NCBI GenBank assembly: GCA_000320545.1
Contig: ADNK01003413.1
Span: forward strand, 1 to 58,465
Source: Bigelowiella natans CCMP2755
Lineage: Eukaryota; Protista; Cercozoa
Direction: 5' to 3'
Length of the DNA stretch: 58,465 nucleotides
Numbering within the stretch: position 1 is the first letter of the stretch; each line of letters begins with the position of its first letter. Shown in pieces: positions 25,658 to 38,218 of this stretch. A model generated the notes under the pieces. The model saw only the letters and a program-made list of their open reading frames with translations, did not search any database and was not told where the DNA came from. Position numbers and translations under genes: made by a program.

Positions 25658-26141
25658 TCTCTCCTTATTCTTCCTCTTCTTCTTTTTCTCCTGCTGCTGC
25701 TGCTGGTGCTATCGTTGGCAAATGATGACTTTGTGATGTGTCGCATTGTTGTCGTTCGTTGTGACACACAAAAACAGCTCGGGATCCCAAAGTGGGTAGA
25801 CTTCCAGTTTCAGGTCATCAACTCCGTGCCGCCCGGCGAGCACTACGGCCACCACGACGACGGGGGTACGACAAAAAAAAGCGTAGAGAGAGACAGGGGG
25901 GGGGGTGATTAGGTGTTCGCTGTACACCATGCCATGTACTGTATCGCGCACACAACACGAATAGCAACCAGTAAGATGGCAGCTTTGGCTTCATACCCGT
26001 GCACACGTTTGCGCGGTGATTGTTGGAAAGCGTCGCCATCATGTATTGACGTCGTCACCACGTTCCTCACCGTACTGTGCTCATCACGCCAGCCTTTCGC
26101 ATCTTCACGGTGTTTCTGTATTGCAAGGTAGCGGTTATGGT

Positions 26142-26179
<38 letters not shown>

Positions 26180-26337
26180 TAGTCGTCGTCGTCGTCGTCG
26201 TCGTCGTCCATCGTGCTCGCCCCTATCGTTGTTGTATTCGCGTAAGCACACGAGCGCAGGAGGGAAGGCCTTTTCCCTTTTCCCAAGGAGCGGCCTCTCA
26301 TCCCTGCTTTCCCTTTACTTTACACACACACACACAC

Positions 26338-26377
<40 letters not shown>

Positions 26378-26400
26378 GAAGAGTATAATATTTATATAAA

Positions 26401-26431
<31 letters not shown>

Positions 26432-26841
26432 TGATATTGCATACTGCCATCATGGCCTTATTTCGCCGTCTTTGGTCGCTCCCTAGCTAACCTTCTCCTC
26501 CATTCCAGGCCGCAAGCGAAGGGGGGGCAACAGCGTTTCCATTTGCTATCTCAATGCACAATGGGTAGGCAATAATAATGGTCATAGCGGCCAGCAGTGC
26601 AGCAGAGTAATAGTAATAGTAGTAGTAGTAGGAGGAGGAGGAGGAGGAGGAGGAGGAGAGCTCCCCCCCCCCCCCCCCTCCCCCCGTTTCATTATGATCG
26701 TCGTTTTGTGTCTGCCGTCATTATCATCATCATCATCATCATCATCATTATTATTATTATGCTCAATCAGGTCGGAATGGACTGCCGAGGACGAGAAGAA
26801 TTATCAGCACTACAGGTGAGACGACACAACGAGGGGGGGAG

Positions 26842-26874
<33 letters not shown>

Positions 26875-27633
26875 CAGAAGAGAAGAGAAAGAGAAGGGCG
26901 AGCGACGTATGCAACAACGGTCGGACAACGACGCCAACCAGTAAACACACCCCCCAACACAGGAGACTTGCAATGCGGAGAAAGACTAGTTCAGTGTTGT
27001 CTTTTCCCCTTTCTCGTATGATTCGGAGTCAGTCGCGGGTGGTGGTGGAACGCCTTGCAAACAATAGCTTTCAGGCTAATTCTTTCCTTTGGCTGCTGTC
27101 TCAGGATGATGGGAATTGGCGACATCTACCCACACCATGTGCATCTTCACGAGAAATGCGAGGTAGGCGTCGATTTAGAGGAGAACGTGCTGCTTCTCTC
27201 CTCGTACTCTCTCCTCTGGGGGCACCCCCCACCCGCAGACCAATCCGTGCGAACGAGGGGGGGGGGGGGGCATTTTGAGGAGCATGTACATAATTGGCGT
27301 CGTTTTTCACATTCAAATTACCTTGTACGCGTGCATGGAAGCTTCCTTGGCCCTGATGACGTTTTTATGGCCGGTGCCGATTTCTCCATGGCCATTTCCG
27401 CTGCTGCCTCTATCGTATTCGTCGTCGTCATCGTCATGTTGTTCCACATCTCAGCTCGATTATCGTCTTTTTTTTTTCCAATTACCACCGCGCTCCCCCT
27501 CTAGGTGGAAAGAGACTGTTGTGACCCAGACTGCCATGCGATGTACAGGGTACTAGTAAGCAAGTCTCCGAAATCCCTTCTCTTTCATTCCCCCCCCTCC
27601 TTCTCTTCTCATCCTTCCGTCCCAATATCCATA

Positions 27634-27687
<54 letters not shown>

Positions 27688-27798
27688 GAAAGTGAAAGAG
27701 CGAGGGGGGGGAGAGTACGGAGCATTTTGAGGCTAGAGCTGAACGTGCATATGTCGTTTTGCATTCCCGGCTGCTGCTGCTGCTGGTGGTGCTCCTTC

Positions 27799-27830
<32 letters not shown>

Positions 27831-28035
27831 TTGGTGATGATGATGCTACCAAAGGGACGGCTTCCATGGGCTCGAGATGAGGACTGCATCGACGACGACG
27901 CGTCCCTGCGCGCCAACGCCATTTCTGCGATGATACTACAAAAGGTAGGGTCGTGACCCCCAACAACGGTCATAGATTGTCTTCATATCGTGCAGGCAAT
28001 GGAGGTGGAAGGGCCCAAGGGACGCCGGCTCATTA

Positions 28036-28067
<32 letters not shown>

Positions 28068-28670
28068 TTGTCAGTACCCCCAGCTTGATGGTACGTGCAA
28101 GAATGCAGCTAAGTATGGGCTCTGCAAGGTGATCGTAGTAATAGTAGTAGCAGCGGTTATAGTAGTAGTTGTGGTAGTAGCTGTCGTAATAGCAGCAGCA
28201 AGCAGCAGCAGCAGCAGCAGCAGCTTGTTATCTCTCGGTGCAAATATGCTCCTTAATATTCCTTTTGGCCTTGGTATATATGTGTGTGCTTATTGTTTTA
28301 TGATGATGATGATGATGATGATTTTGATGGCGGCATCGCAGCACAAGAGGATGGGGTGGGACGTGAGGCTGCTGTGCCCTGTTTCCTGCAAATCGTGCAA
28401 ACAGAAGGTTCTCTCCTCCTCCTTCTCCTTCTTCTTCGCCTCCTCTCCCCCTCTCCCCCTCCTCCCGCCTCCACCCCCCCTCTCTCTCCCTCTCTCTCTC
28501 TCCCTCTCTTTTATGACGTTCTCCAAACACTGACTCGAGATGTCTTATCATCAAATCTGCTGCCGTATCAAAGCGGAAGGTTGCAAGAGATACCGACCTT
28601 GCTCCTAGGGTCGTTCCAACATCGGGTACATCGTCAACTCACGACGGAGCTCGAAAAAGCGCCGCCACAC

Positions 28671-28711
<41 letters not shown>

Positions 28712-29227
28712 CTATGATACAACAGGGTCGGTAAAGGCGTGGGCAAAGCCAGGCGATGTGTTGGTAAGTGTGATATGACCTCTTTACCAGCTCTGCTAAT
28801 AAGTACTTGGTGCACCGAACTGCGCTCCCCCCCCCCTCCCCTTTCTACGCACGGCGACGCCGTCATTAGTTATTCCTCTTGCTGCTGTCCGCCGTGACTT
28901 TCTCGATCAGATCTGGCCTAACTACGAGCATCAGCCCAACGGGGAGGTCAACAAGCTCAATGAAGCGGGGTATATTTGTGATTCGAGAGGGGCGGCTACG
29001 AATGATGATGATAAATAGTGGTGGTGATAATGATGATAGCGAGGGTGTGGAGGGATGGTCGGTCATATTTCAGTGTCATGTCTACCTTACTCAGGCACTG
29101 CGGCTGTCCTGTGAGGGGGGGGGAGAAGTGGAGCGCGAATTTATGGTAGTAGTAGTAGTAGTAGTAGTAGTAGTGTAGTAGTAGTAGTAGTAGTAGTAGT
29201 AGTGCTCATCCGGGCGCATAAAATATA

Positions 29228-29269
<42 letters not shown>

Positions 29270-29562
29270 ATATCTATATATATATTCCGTGCTACGTGCA
29301 GCTAATACCTCGCACACCCATCAGGTTTAAGATGCCGACGCACTTCCTAGACGGGGCCATGCAATATGTAAGTAGTGCTCTACGGGTGGGGGGATGATAG
29401 AGGGGAAAGAGTGGAGAGGAGGAATCGATTAACATAACCGACGATGATGGGGGTTGCTGGCGATGGGTAAGAAACGAATTGGGTGACAGAGAACTTTAAA
29501 GACGCACGCGCACAAACCTACACACAAATACACACACACAGACAGACAAACACACAGCTCTA

Positions 29563-29596
<34 letters not shown>

Positions 29597-29748
29597 ATAT
29601 ATATATAAAGGTTATTCGAGAGGAAGTAGAGGCTGCTGCGGCGCAGTTGGTGGAGGAGGGGGGCGTTGGCACCTCGAAAGAGCTTCAGAGCACGCTGGAA
29701 GCATTAGATAAGGCCCTCGGGCGAATGATGGAGGTGATGCTTGCTCAC

Positions 29749-29786
<38 letters not shown>

Positions 29787-30515
29787 TATCTCTTTCTCTC
29801 TCCTTTCTCCCTTCTACTATTATTAGATATATGTAAATTATATATACATATACATATATGTATGTGTATAATACGTTGGAATAATATTCGTGCTACTACG
29901 ATTCCGTGTGCGTACAGATTGAAGCTCGGTTCAATAGGAGCCATGCGGGCCTGCAATGGCCTCCAAGACGGTGCAGCACCTTCGAGGGGCTGATGAGAGG
30001 CGACGGTTAGAGAGAGAGAGAGAGAGAGAGAGAGTGTGTGTGTGTGTGTATGGTGTTGTTGTACGTGTTGTTGCATGCGTGCAGTAGCTTTCCATATCCG
30101 TGCGCACAACTTGTCTAAATATCGCTTTACCACCAGGCTTTAGCGTGGCGTGGTCTTCTGCTAATTACATACGAAGCAATATATGAATATATGTATATGT
30201 ACACGTGTGTATATTTTTACAGATATTGATATAAGTGTGTGTGTGTGTGTGCGCGCGCGCGCTTCTCCTTTGCATGTGTGGACACACAGGAGACGTCCTC
30301 CTAGACGAGGCGCTCAGCCTAGAGTACACCGCCTTCAAGGACAGAGGTAGAGCTTCCTCCTCACATAGGGAGGCGAGTCGATGATTCAACTCACGCACAG
30401 ATAAGTAGACGCGCGCAACCCCAACCGCGTACTCCGCCGGCCTCCGGGAGGATGGAGTGGCTGTCAGACAAACCACACTTAGCGATTACATTTTTAGAAC
30501 ACGCAGAGAGAGGGG

Positions 30516-30566
<51 letters not shown>

Positions 30567-30969
30567 CGAGAGAGAAGGCGATTATTGCTGAGATGTGCTG
30601 TTCTCCTCCAGGCGCTCGGAGAATGTACCACTTCAAAGAGCAGTTCGTCTGGAAGGACCTCTCAGCGGCGAGCGTGTGCAAAGACACCGACGGCTGGTGC
30701 GAGTCGGCGGCCAAGCAGCAATGCTTCAGGGCACATGACAAATGGGGGGGGGACATAACAACGTGTCGGAAGTCGTGCGGAATCTGCGGCTCAGTCTCAA
30801 GGCCTTGGTTACGAAAGGGGAGATATGAGAGGCGAGGGGGTGCGGGAGAGGGGGAGGGGTTGGGGGGATTAGAAGATCACACGCCCACGATGTTGTTTTG
30901 TTCGTTCCCAGCAGAAATGATGGTATAACGTTGTCACCGAATTTGTACATATGCATATACATATACATG

Positions 30970-31020
<51 letters not shown>

Positions 31021-31157
31021 GGTGCGAGGACGCCAACTCTGAGTGTGATGCCGTAGCATCGGAGGGGGCATGCAGGGACCCTCGGGTCCGACTGGAATGT
31101 CCAGCAGCGTGCGGCACGTGCTTTCCTTCCACAACGCTGAAATCTATGGAGGTGTAA
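20918..31157 (+). CDS. Secreted ankyrin + prolyl-4-hydroxylase-like 2OG-Fe(II) oxygenase + ShK-domain protein; many small exons in SSR-rich introns
   Basis: Signal peptide MFRSLRLPLLLISLVAVALLANA. Ankyrin exons GWNFLHHAAAAGN and WQPIHVAAAFN. P4H motifs in order: WPPVYQLPGF, DFCDNIIRDSKP, GEHYGHHDD (~25835), EGGATAFP (~26518), AKPGDVL (~28745), HCGCPVRGGEKWSANLW (~29095). ShK exons end CRKSCGIC and CPAACGTC. Stop at 31157. Confidence 0.75.
21160..31020. repeat. Dense intronic microsatellites: (GA)n, (TA)n, (CA)n, (GAT)n, (GAG)n, poly-G/C
   Basis: Directly visible in nearly every intron. Similar tracts occur at 300-740 and 39000-46220. Confidence 0.95.
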
Positions 31158-31929
31158 TTTGCGCACACAGACGGGGATGTCAATTGTTACGATACGCTCG
31201 TGGTTCGTATTATTCTTGTTGCACACACATGTGTATGGCACTAGACATTACATGCTAGCATGCATGCTTGCACAAGCTAGCAAGGTCACACATGTCATTT
31301 TCATGTTATTTGCACACATTCATTCGTCATTTCCTAGATTTACATTGCTCTTAATTGCGCGGTGCACTCTAGCACTCCGACCCAAATTTAGCAGATGCAG
31401 CGTGCAACAAATGCGCATCGTCCAGTCTTGTTCTACGTACCGAGTTCTGCATGATACATTGCATGCGCGTGGGTCTACTAATCTAGGGTAGTGTGCAACA
31501 CTGCAATGCAAACAGCAGCAGATCAATTGATTATCGCCATATAACTACGCATGTGGCATGCTATGCGCAAATTACAGCACATGTGCATGTGAGATGATAT
31601 AGACATGTATGTAATGCAACATGTGTGTGACATACATAATGTTACTGTGTCCATTGTTGTTGAGGCGGGTGCCACAATTGGAATGCTACATGCACGCTAG
31701 CATGCTAGCATGGCATGCACATCCATGTTCTTGCTTGCATCGCACGAACATGTCTACATTATGGACCTGGAGATGTGTCTGCAAGACAGCAGGCCACACA
31801 AGCCAAGCTAGCAATATATGTGGGACTCGCCACAAAAAATGTGCTGTACGTGAGTCACACGCGCTGCACATGATGAGACGTGACACGTGCACGGCGTCGC
31901 TTCACGCGAGCGTACGTTCATGTTTTTGA

Positions 31930-33557
31930 TCGCGTTCGTGTTGCTGATATCAATGAGTCTGCTGCAGCATGGTTTGTCACTTTCGCTAGCATTGGCGCGG
32001 CTTGTCTTGCGTGAGTGCGTTGCTACGATCGAGTGTCATCATGTGTGCATCTAGACATGTTGACAAAGGCGTTACGCGTACTGCATGCACAGTGTGGAGT
32101 TGCGCACTGAAACGATCACATGATCACTTTGTTGATGGAAAAAATTGTTTGTTCAATGTGAAAAGAATGACTTGTTTGTTCACATCACACAGGAGGAAAA
32201 AGAAGAAGAAGAAGTGCTTGAAGAATTGTTTGTTGTGATCAAATGCCATCCTTCTTCCTTTTCTTGTTCTCTGTTTGAATTTTGTTAATTGTTTTCTTGC
32301 TTGTCGCTTTTGTTTGATTTTTTTTTCTTTTTCTTTTCTGGTCTCAAATTCTGAATTGCTGAAGGAACTCTAATCAAAAAATTTTAGTTTTCTGTTGACT
32401 TTGTTGCCATTTTTGATGCAGCCGTTGTGTGAAATTACTAGCTGCTGCTCCTGTCTAATAATTTTGGTCACATGTGTCGATACCCACTGAAAGGCTTTTT
32501 TGACACCGGTGGCACTTTGCTCAACAGAATGAACATCAACACCACGAATGCCTTTGGCCATTGTTTTCAACTGTTGGAGGCCATCATTCCCCACAGAGAG
32601 CAAAACGGCTCGAAAACCTTTGTGTTTACGAGCTGCTGTTAGCAGCGCATTGCGAGCGTCAGCAGCTGAGCAGGTCGAACTAGTGTCATCTCCGTCGGTG
32701 AGAAGTATCATGAGAGGTTTGAAATTGCTCTCTTTGAAATCCTCAGCAGCAGCTTTCACTGAATCGAACAATGCAGTGCAGCCTCCACTCTTGGTGTTTG
32801 CTCTCATTCTTTTCACATTGACTTTGTGAGCCTTAACACCAACGAACGCTGTGTCAACGTTGTGGTTGAATGCTCTGAACGTCACAAAATCCTTAGGGCG
32901 GAGCACTTTGAGAAGATTCTCGACACCATTGAAAGCCTCCTCAAGTTTTGATCCAGCCATAGACCCAGATTTGTCCACCAGTAAGGAGCAGTAGAATGGC
33001 TTACGCGTTTTTTTCTCTGATGATATTGTGACGACACTATGAGTGCGCCTAATGACGGTTCTGCCCCCTCTTCCACGTCCTCCTTGACCCCCTCGTCCTC
33101 CATGGGGGATTAGAACACCAGCTGAAGGGAAAAGAACACTAGCTCTTCCTCCTCCGCTTCCACGTCCACGTCCACGTCCACGCCCACGTCTTCCTCCTCT
33201 TCCGCGGCCAGACGTACGGTGTTTGCTCTGAGTCAGATGGGACTCAAGCGCGGGCCTAGAGACGAAGGTTGCATTGCAGGTACTGCAGATGAAAGTAGTC
33301 TTGTTCATATCGATTGTGTGTTTTGAGTTGCGAATGTTTGTTTGAGTTTTGAGTCTATCTGTCTGCTCTTCTTCGATGCATCAACGCCCCAAGGATCCTG
33401 GAGGGAATGTTCCTTCTTTCTTCTGCTTTCGACCGAGCCGAGATGTAGTGGTAGTAGTTGTTGTTGTTGTTGTTGTTGCAGCTCCATGCATGTGCTGTGG
33501 ATGTTTTAGCCGTAATTTGTTGTCGCACCCCCCGGAGTAGATGTGATTCGGTCAATC
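31930..33557. repeat. Left arm of a ~1.6 kb inverted duplication (partner 52693..~54325)
   Basis: Near-identical reverse-complement match beginning at GATTGACCGAATCACATCTAC and covering the whole vWA gene. Identity decays in the 3' flank, with patchy similarity out to ~31580 and ~54600. Confidence 0.95.
32370..33308 (-). CDS. Intronless C2H2 zinc finger + RGG box + von Willebrand A (MIDAS) protein, copy 1
   Basis: 312-aa ORF with CSTC...HLTQSKH, RG-rich repeats, LLVDKSGSM (DxSxS), GGCTALFDS and ILLTDG. Confidence 0.88.
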   Translation of the reverse strand: MNKTTFICSTCNATFVSRPALESHLTQSKHRTSGRGRGGRRGRGRGRGRGSGGGRASVLFPSAGVLIPHGGRGGQGGRGRGGRTVIRRTHSVVTISSEKKTRKPFYCSLLVDKSGSMAGSKLEEAFNGVENLLKVLRPKDFVTFRAFNHNVDTAFVGVKAHKVNVKRMRANTKSGGCTALFDSVKAAAEDFKESNFKPLMILLTDGDDTSSTCSAADARNALLTAARKHKGFRAVLLSVGNDGLQQLKTMAKGIRGVDVHSVEQSATGVKKAFQWVSTHVTKIIRQEQQLVISHNGCIKNGNKVNRKLKFFD

Positions 33558-33816
33558 ATTGCACATTCACAATCAATTTCCACCAGAAAACCAAGGGATT
33601 TTCGAGGGATTTTCTGGTACGACATGTATGATTGGTTGTCTCAGGACAGGATGCGAAGAGTGGTAGGGCATTGCAATCCATTTCTGCCGGTGAAGCATGT
33701 CGCAGACAACAAATAACATGAGTTTTCGAACATCGCACAGCAACGGCCAGAAACCGCATCGAGGTCGGGGAGACCTCACGACCCAACTGCCGCCCCCTCA
33801 TCTGCTCCTCGACGGC

Positions 33817-34193
33817 ATGGATAAGCAGAAGGACAGGAATTCATCGATGATGGAGGGAGCATCAGTATCTTTCGGGGGTCAAGGGATCACTAGCGCAGGT
33901 GCGTCGGCGGATACGCATGTGTCATTTGTCCTTCTCCTTGTTTAGCAATTCGAGATCACGTTTCAATCCATACACTTCGCAGCAATACTGGCAGCCATGC
34001 GAGCGCTTCAAGCAAAAATCCAGACTTTAGAGGGAGAGAATGCGAGTTTGAGGGTGAGGATATTCTACAATGATAAGCATGGAGTGTAGGGAAACATGAG
34101 ACGCATTCACTATCTTGTAGAAGCAGTTGGAAGAACAGAAAGACTTGTCAAGACGGCTATATGGGTCAGGGTATGCCAATGAAAACACACACA

Positions 34194-34229
<36 letters not shown>

Positions 34230-34288
34230 CTCACAAATAATTTATATTGCAGATATTTACATACACATTCGACAGAGAAAAGCAGAGA

Positions 34289-34331
<43 letters not shown>

Positions 34332-36498
34332 AACATGCTATATTTGCGTTTGCTTTCAATCTTTGGTTTTAGAGTCTTCATCACAATTTTTTGGTTCTAT
34401 ATTCAGTGGCAAGGATACCAGAGAGCCCAAGGAGGAGGAAAAGTAAAATACATTCTCAGCAAATACTTCTCCTACATAATTAGACCTCATCCTGCTACTT
34501 TTTTTGTTGCGCTGAAGCTTCGCCACCCTCTGTAACCCTTATCATCTACCAACAGGCAAGAGAAAAAGGGATGGGCAGAAAACCATGGTATTGCGTTTGC
34601 CTGATTTGTACTTAGATACATCGAACGCTGAGTGAACTGTCTCCCAACTCCAAATGCTACTACACCAGGATTGCATCAAAAGCTCAGAGAAACAGAAATG
34701 GAACTCGAAAACACAACAAAGAAAGGTGAGGTGTACAGAATTGATATATTCAATCCATCTCCTCACATTAGTTGTTTTTCTGTGCTCAAGTGCGCGAGAA
34801 AGAAGCAAAAGAGGTAGGTAACGGACGCCTTATAATTTTGAATTTGATGCCTAATACGTCTCTTCACTTGCAGGCCATGCTAGAAAAGAAGATGAGCGAT
34901 ATCAGAACGAAGCTATCACAAGAAAAAGCGCGGTAGCCATTGAGAATCGTGTCATCATCAAGATAAACACGTACAAAAGTAATCCTATAACCGCCAGGGC
35001 CGATATTATCAAAGTGAAGCACAGCAAAGCAGAGGTGGGTGCTATTAATTCCTTCTACTAGGTACTAATGCGGCGCCGAATTTCTGCACTCATCGTTCAC
35101 ACCTTTTTTGAACGAAATGGTTGTTTTCGAACAACAATCTGTGTAGCTGAAAATCCATGAAATAGCGCAAAAGTTGGACGAGATGGCAAGGGGCGCAGCC
35201 AAAGTTAGGAGACGATTAGAGCAAGTAAGGGACCAAAAACCAAAAAAAGCAAAGCAGATAGCGATTTTACAGAAGGCTAAGTAGAGCAGCTATCACCGCA
35301 AAAAAATTCTGTGTACGAATGCTATTTGTAGGAAAGTCTTGAGAAGGAGTGCTTGCGAAACATCAATCGAGCTCTGGAACACCAAATAAAACTAATGGTA
35401 CTACAATATTTCCATCCCACCGGATAATACCGCATAAAGTAGACCCAATCTACTGTTTGCCTCCTGGGACGAGTTGATGATTGGTTCCTCCTCAAAATCG
35501 TTTTCAATAAGCCTCCCGTGCATTTGTTAATGGCATCACCACTTAAACACCGTCAGTGTTCGTCGTAATTTTCCACTCGATCTAATGCGCGGACGTTGGA
35601 AATCTTTAGAGGACGACCGCACGCCTCAAACGTGGTCATAAGTTTGGGTGTGTGTCTTCCATTTTCCTCTTCCTCCTCTCTTGCAATATACCCACAGGAT
35701 AGGGAAAAGGTGAAGTTGGAGAGGACAGTGGCTAGGCTAACACCGAAACCGGTATGTGCGAGAACGAATATTCTCAGTTGAGGCGTCCGACAGCAAAGAT
35801 TTATGTGTGCATCTCTCTCTCTCTCGTGTGTGTGTGGGGGGGAGGGGGGGGAGACAAGCAATTCGTTACTTATAATTTTGTCAAAAACGATAAATTGAAT
35901 GGCAATTATGGTATAAGGCAAAGCTTAGTCGTAGTCGAAGCAGCCGAGACGTACACAGCAGAGGAGCCGGCACGCGCCGCACCGTCCATTTCAGTCAGAG
36001 CTCGATTTCCCGTCGGCGGCGACTGGTCCGAAGGTAGGCTGTGTGGATCGCAACCAACGTTCTCAGACGAATATTTCAAAATAAAAAGCTAAAACTCTAC
36101 CGATGCGCCGATGTGTTCTGTCAGTCGTTCCCAGACGGGGCGCCTCTCTGCACGGAAAGCATCCTCATGCTCGAGGCGCAAAAAGGCCATCACTAGCCGC
36201 TCAAAGACCTCATCCTCCAAATCTCCTAGGCTTTCTGGGATTCTGAGGAATAAGACTTCGGCTGAATCAAGCAGGGACTCGATTAACTTTACCTGTGAAT
36301 CTCTCGACGCCGTTCTGCGTCAGTACGAGAAGGATCAGCGTCGGCCCGAATATCGGTATAGAGTTATGAGCTGCTGGGATGCTGGGGAGCGAGAGACGTC
36401 CTCAGATGTATATGACACGTATGGTTTTGGGGAATAGTGCCTAAAATGTGGAGTTTGGCGTTATGTAAAACATAAACACGCCAGTACGCGCATGTTTG

Positions 36499-36546
<48 letters not shown>

Positions 36547-37397
36547 GGTGGGTGTGTATGTGTGTATTACATTTACAAATATCATCATGCAGGGTTGAGG
36601 GCTCCACCTCACACAATGACCAATCGCAGCTTTTCAAAGGTAAGCTCGCTGCAAAGCTAGTTTCCGAGAGGAACTCGCCCCCAACAAAGACTAATGCTTG
36701 TATACAATCAAGGTGGAGCAAGAAAGGACACTGGAAATTCGCCGCCTAATTTGTCCACAGTGGTGAAGTTGCTGCAGGAGGAGTTGTGGGAAATGAATAG
36801 GTGCGGCATTTTTTGCCATAATCTACTTTGGTCGATGATAATATCTCTTTGCACTTCCATTTCAGAAGCTACGCACGGCTACTGGCAGATAGGACAAAGC
36901 TTGATAAGGTTCTTTGAAATAGTGTTCCCAGCCTCTGTTTATTCCCTGAAGCAGGCATGATGTGCGTGTGCGTGTGTGTGTGTGTGTGTGAAGTCGAAGG
37001 CTGGATTTCCTATCGGTGCGAGCCTAAAAGCAATGATGAAGAAGATCCAGACCAAGGTAGGTTGCGTTGAACAGAACAGGAGGAGCGTATAACAAAGGGC
37101 TGAAGCATGTATATCCCTCAGACGTATCAGCTTAGGCTTTTATATGCTCACGAAGAAAATTCCAATCGCGAGATTCCAGATAGTCCAGAGGCGGAATCAG
37201 ATGTGAAAGGGGAAAGTGCTCTTTTCTCAAGCACTAGCAGCGCCTACCCACAGGTAGGAAACAAGGGAGGACACAATGACAAGGTTTGCAATGAGGAATT
37301 CGGCCTCCGTAGCAAAAACGAAGGTGCCTCTATGCGAAGAGATTTCGAGTTCGGCACCTTCACAGAAAGAGCTGTTCCGGTTCCAACACCTCGTTAG
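33817..37397 (+). CDS. Uncharacterised multi-exon protein with a coiled-coil N-terminal half and Ser/Arg-rich disordered C-terminal part
   Basis: Exon-like segments bounded by AG/GT: LHQKLRETEMELENTTKK, AMLEKKMSDIRTKLSQEK, LKIHEIAQKLDEMARG, ESLEKECLRNINRALEHQ. Last exon stops at 37397. No family recognised. Confidence 0.5.
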
Positions 37398-38218
37398 ATC
37401 TGTGCATCATCTGCCTACGATGCAACTTTTGCAAGAGCTGTATCTAGTAGTATTGGACCATCATGTTCGACATGCTAGCATACTCTAGTGCTAGCTAGCT
37501 AGCTAGATGGATCATGTTTACTTTTACTTACTAGCTTGGCTCGCTAGCTTGGACACATGTAACTCTAGCATAGAACTTCGTTTGGTTGCAAACTGCTAGC
37601 TAGCTAGACTGTTTCTATCCAGCTAGCCATCTGGCCATCTCTAGCAGCTAGCCATGCTGGCATGATGCTAGCTAGCTAGCTAGCTAGGATGGCTCCAGTT
37701 CAAAAAGTTGTATGTGCATGCTAGCTAGCTGCTCATCATTCTAGAACTCAAGATATACTAGCCATATGCTAGCTAGCTAGCATGACATGACACACGCTAG
37801 CACGCCCATACTACCAAACCAACAAAGCGGCATTCTAGCATTCCACAGTATAACAGCTAGACAGATTCAACATTAGCTAGATTAGCGCTGTAGCTGCTGC
37901 ATTGCACAGCTACATATGAGGATGAGGTCCCATTGAACAAGTTTATTTTGATTGATTACACCCGTCTCACAGTAGAAGTTGCGCGTGCAGGCGGCGCTTA
38001 CTAGCTAGCTAGCATACTCATTTGTGCAGCAACTCGTGCGTCAGTCATCACTTCAATTTTTCGGGGCAAAATGTGACATCTCTATGTGCATACATCATTG
38101 GCACTGATACTTTGCATGGCTGTAGCTGAATGCGTGATTCAGCAACTGAAATGACTGCCTTACTACATTCTGTGGTTTGTGGCGGCAGTCATTAACGCTA
38201 CCTGCTGCAGCGCTCTGC

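Noticed and set aside
22300-31000. Numerous short ORFs with poly-ER/SL/H/I tracts
   Set aside because: They are translations of intronic microsatellites.
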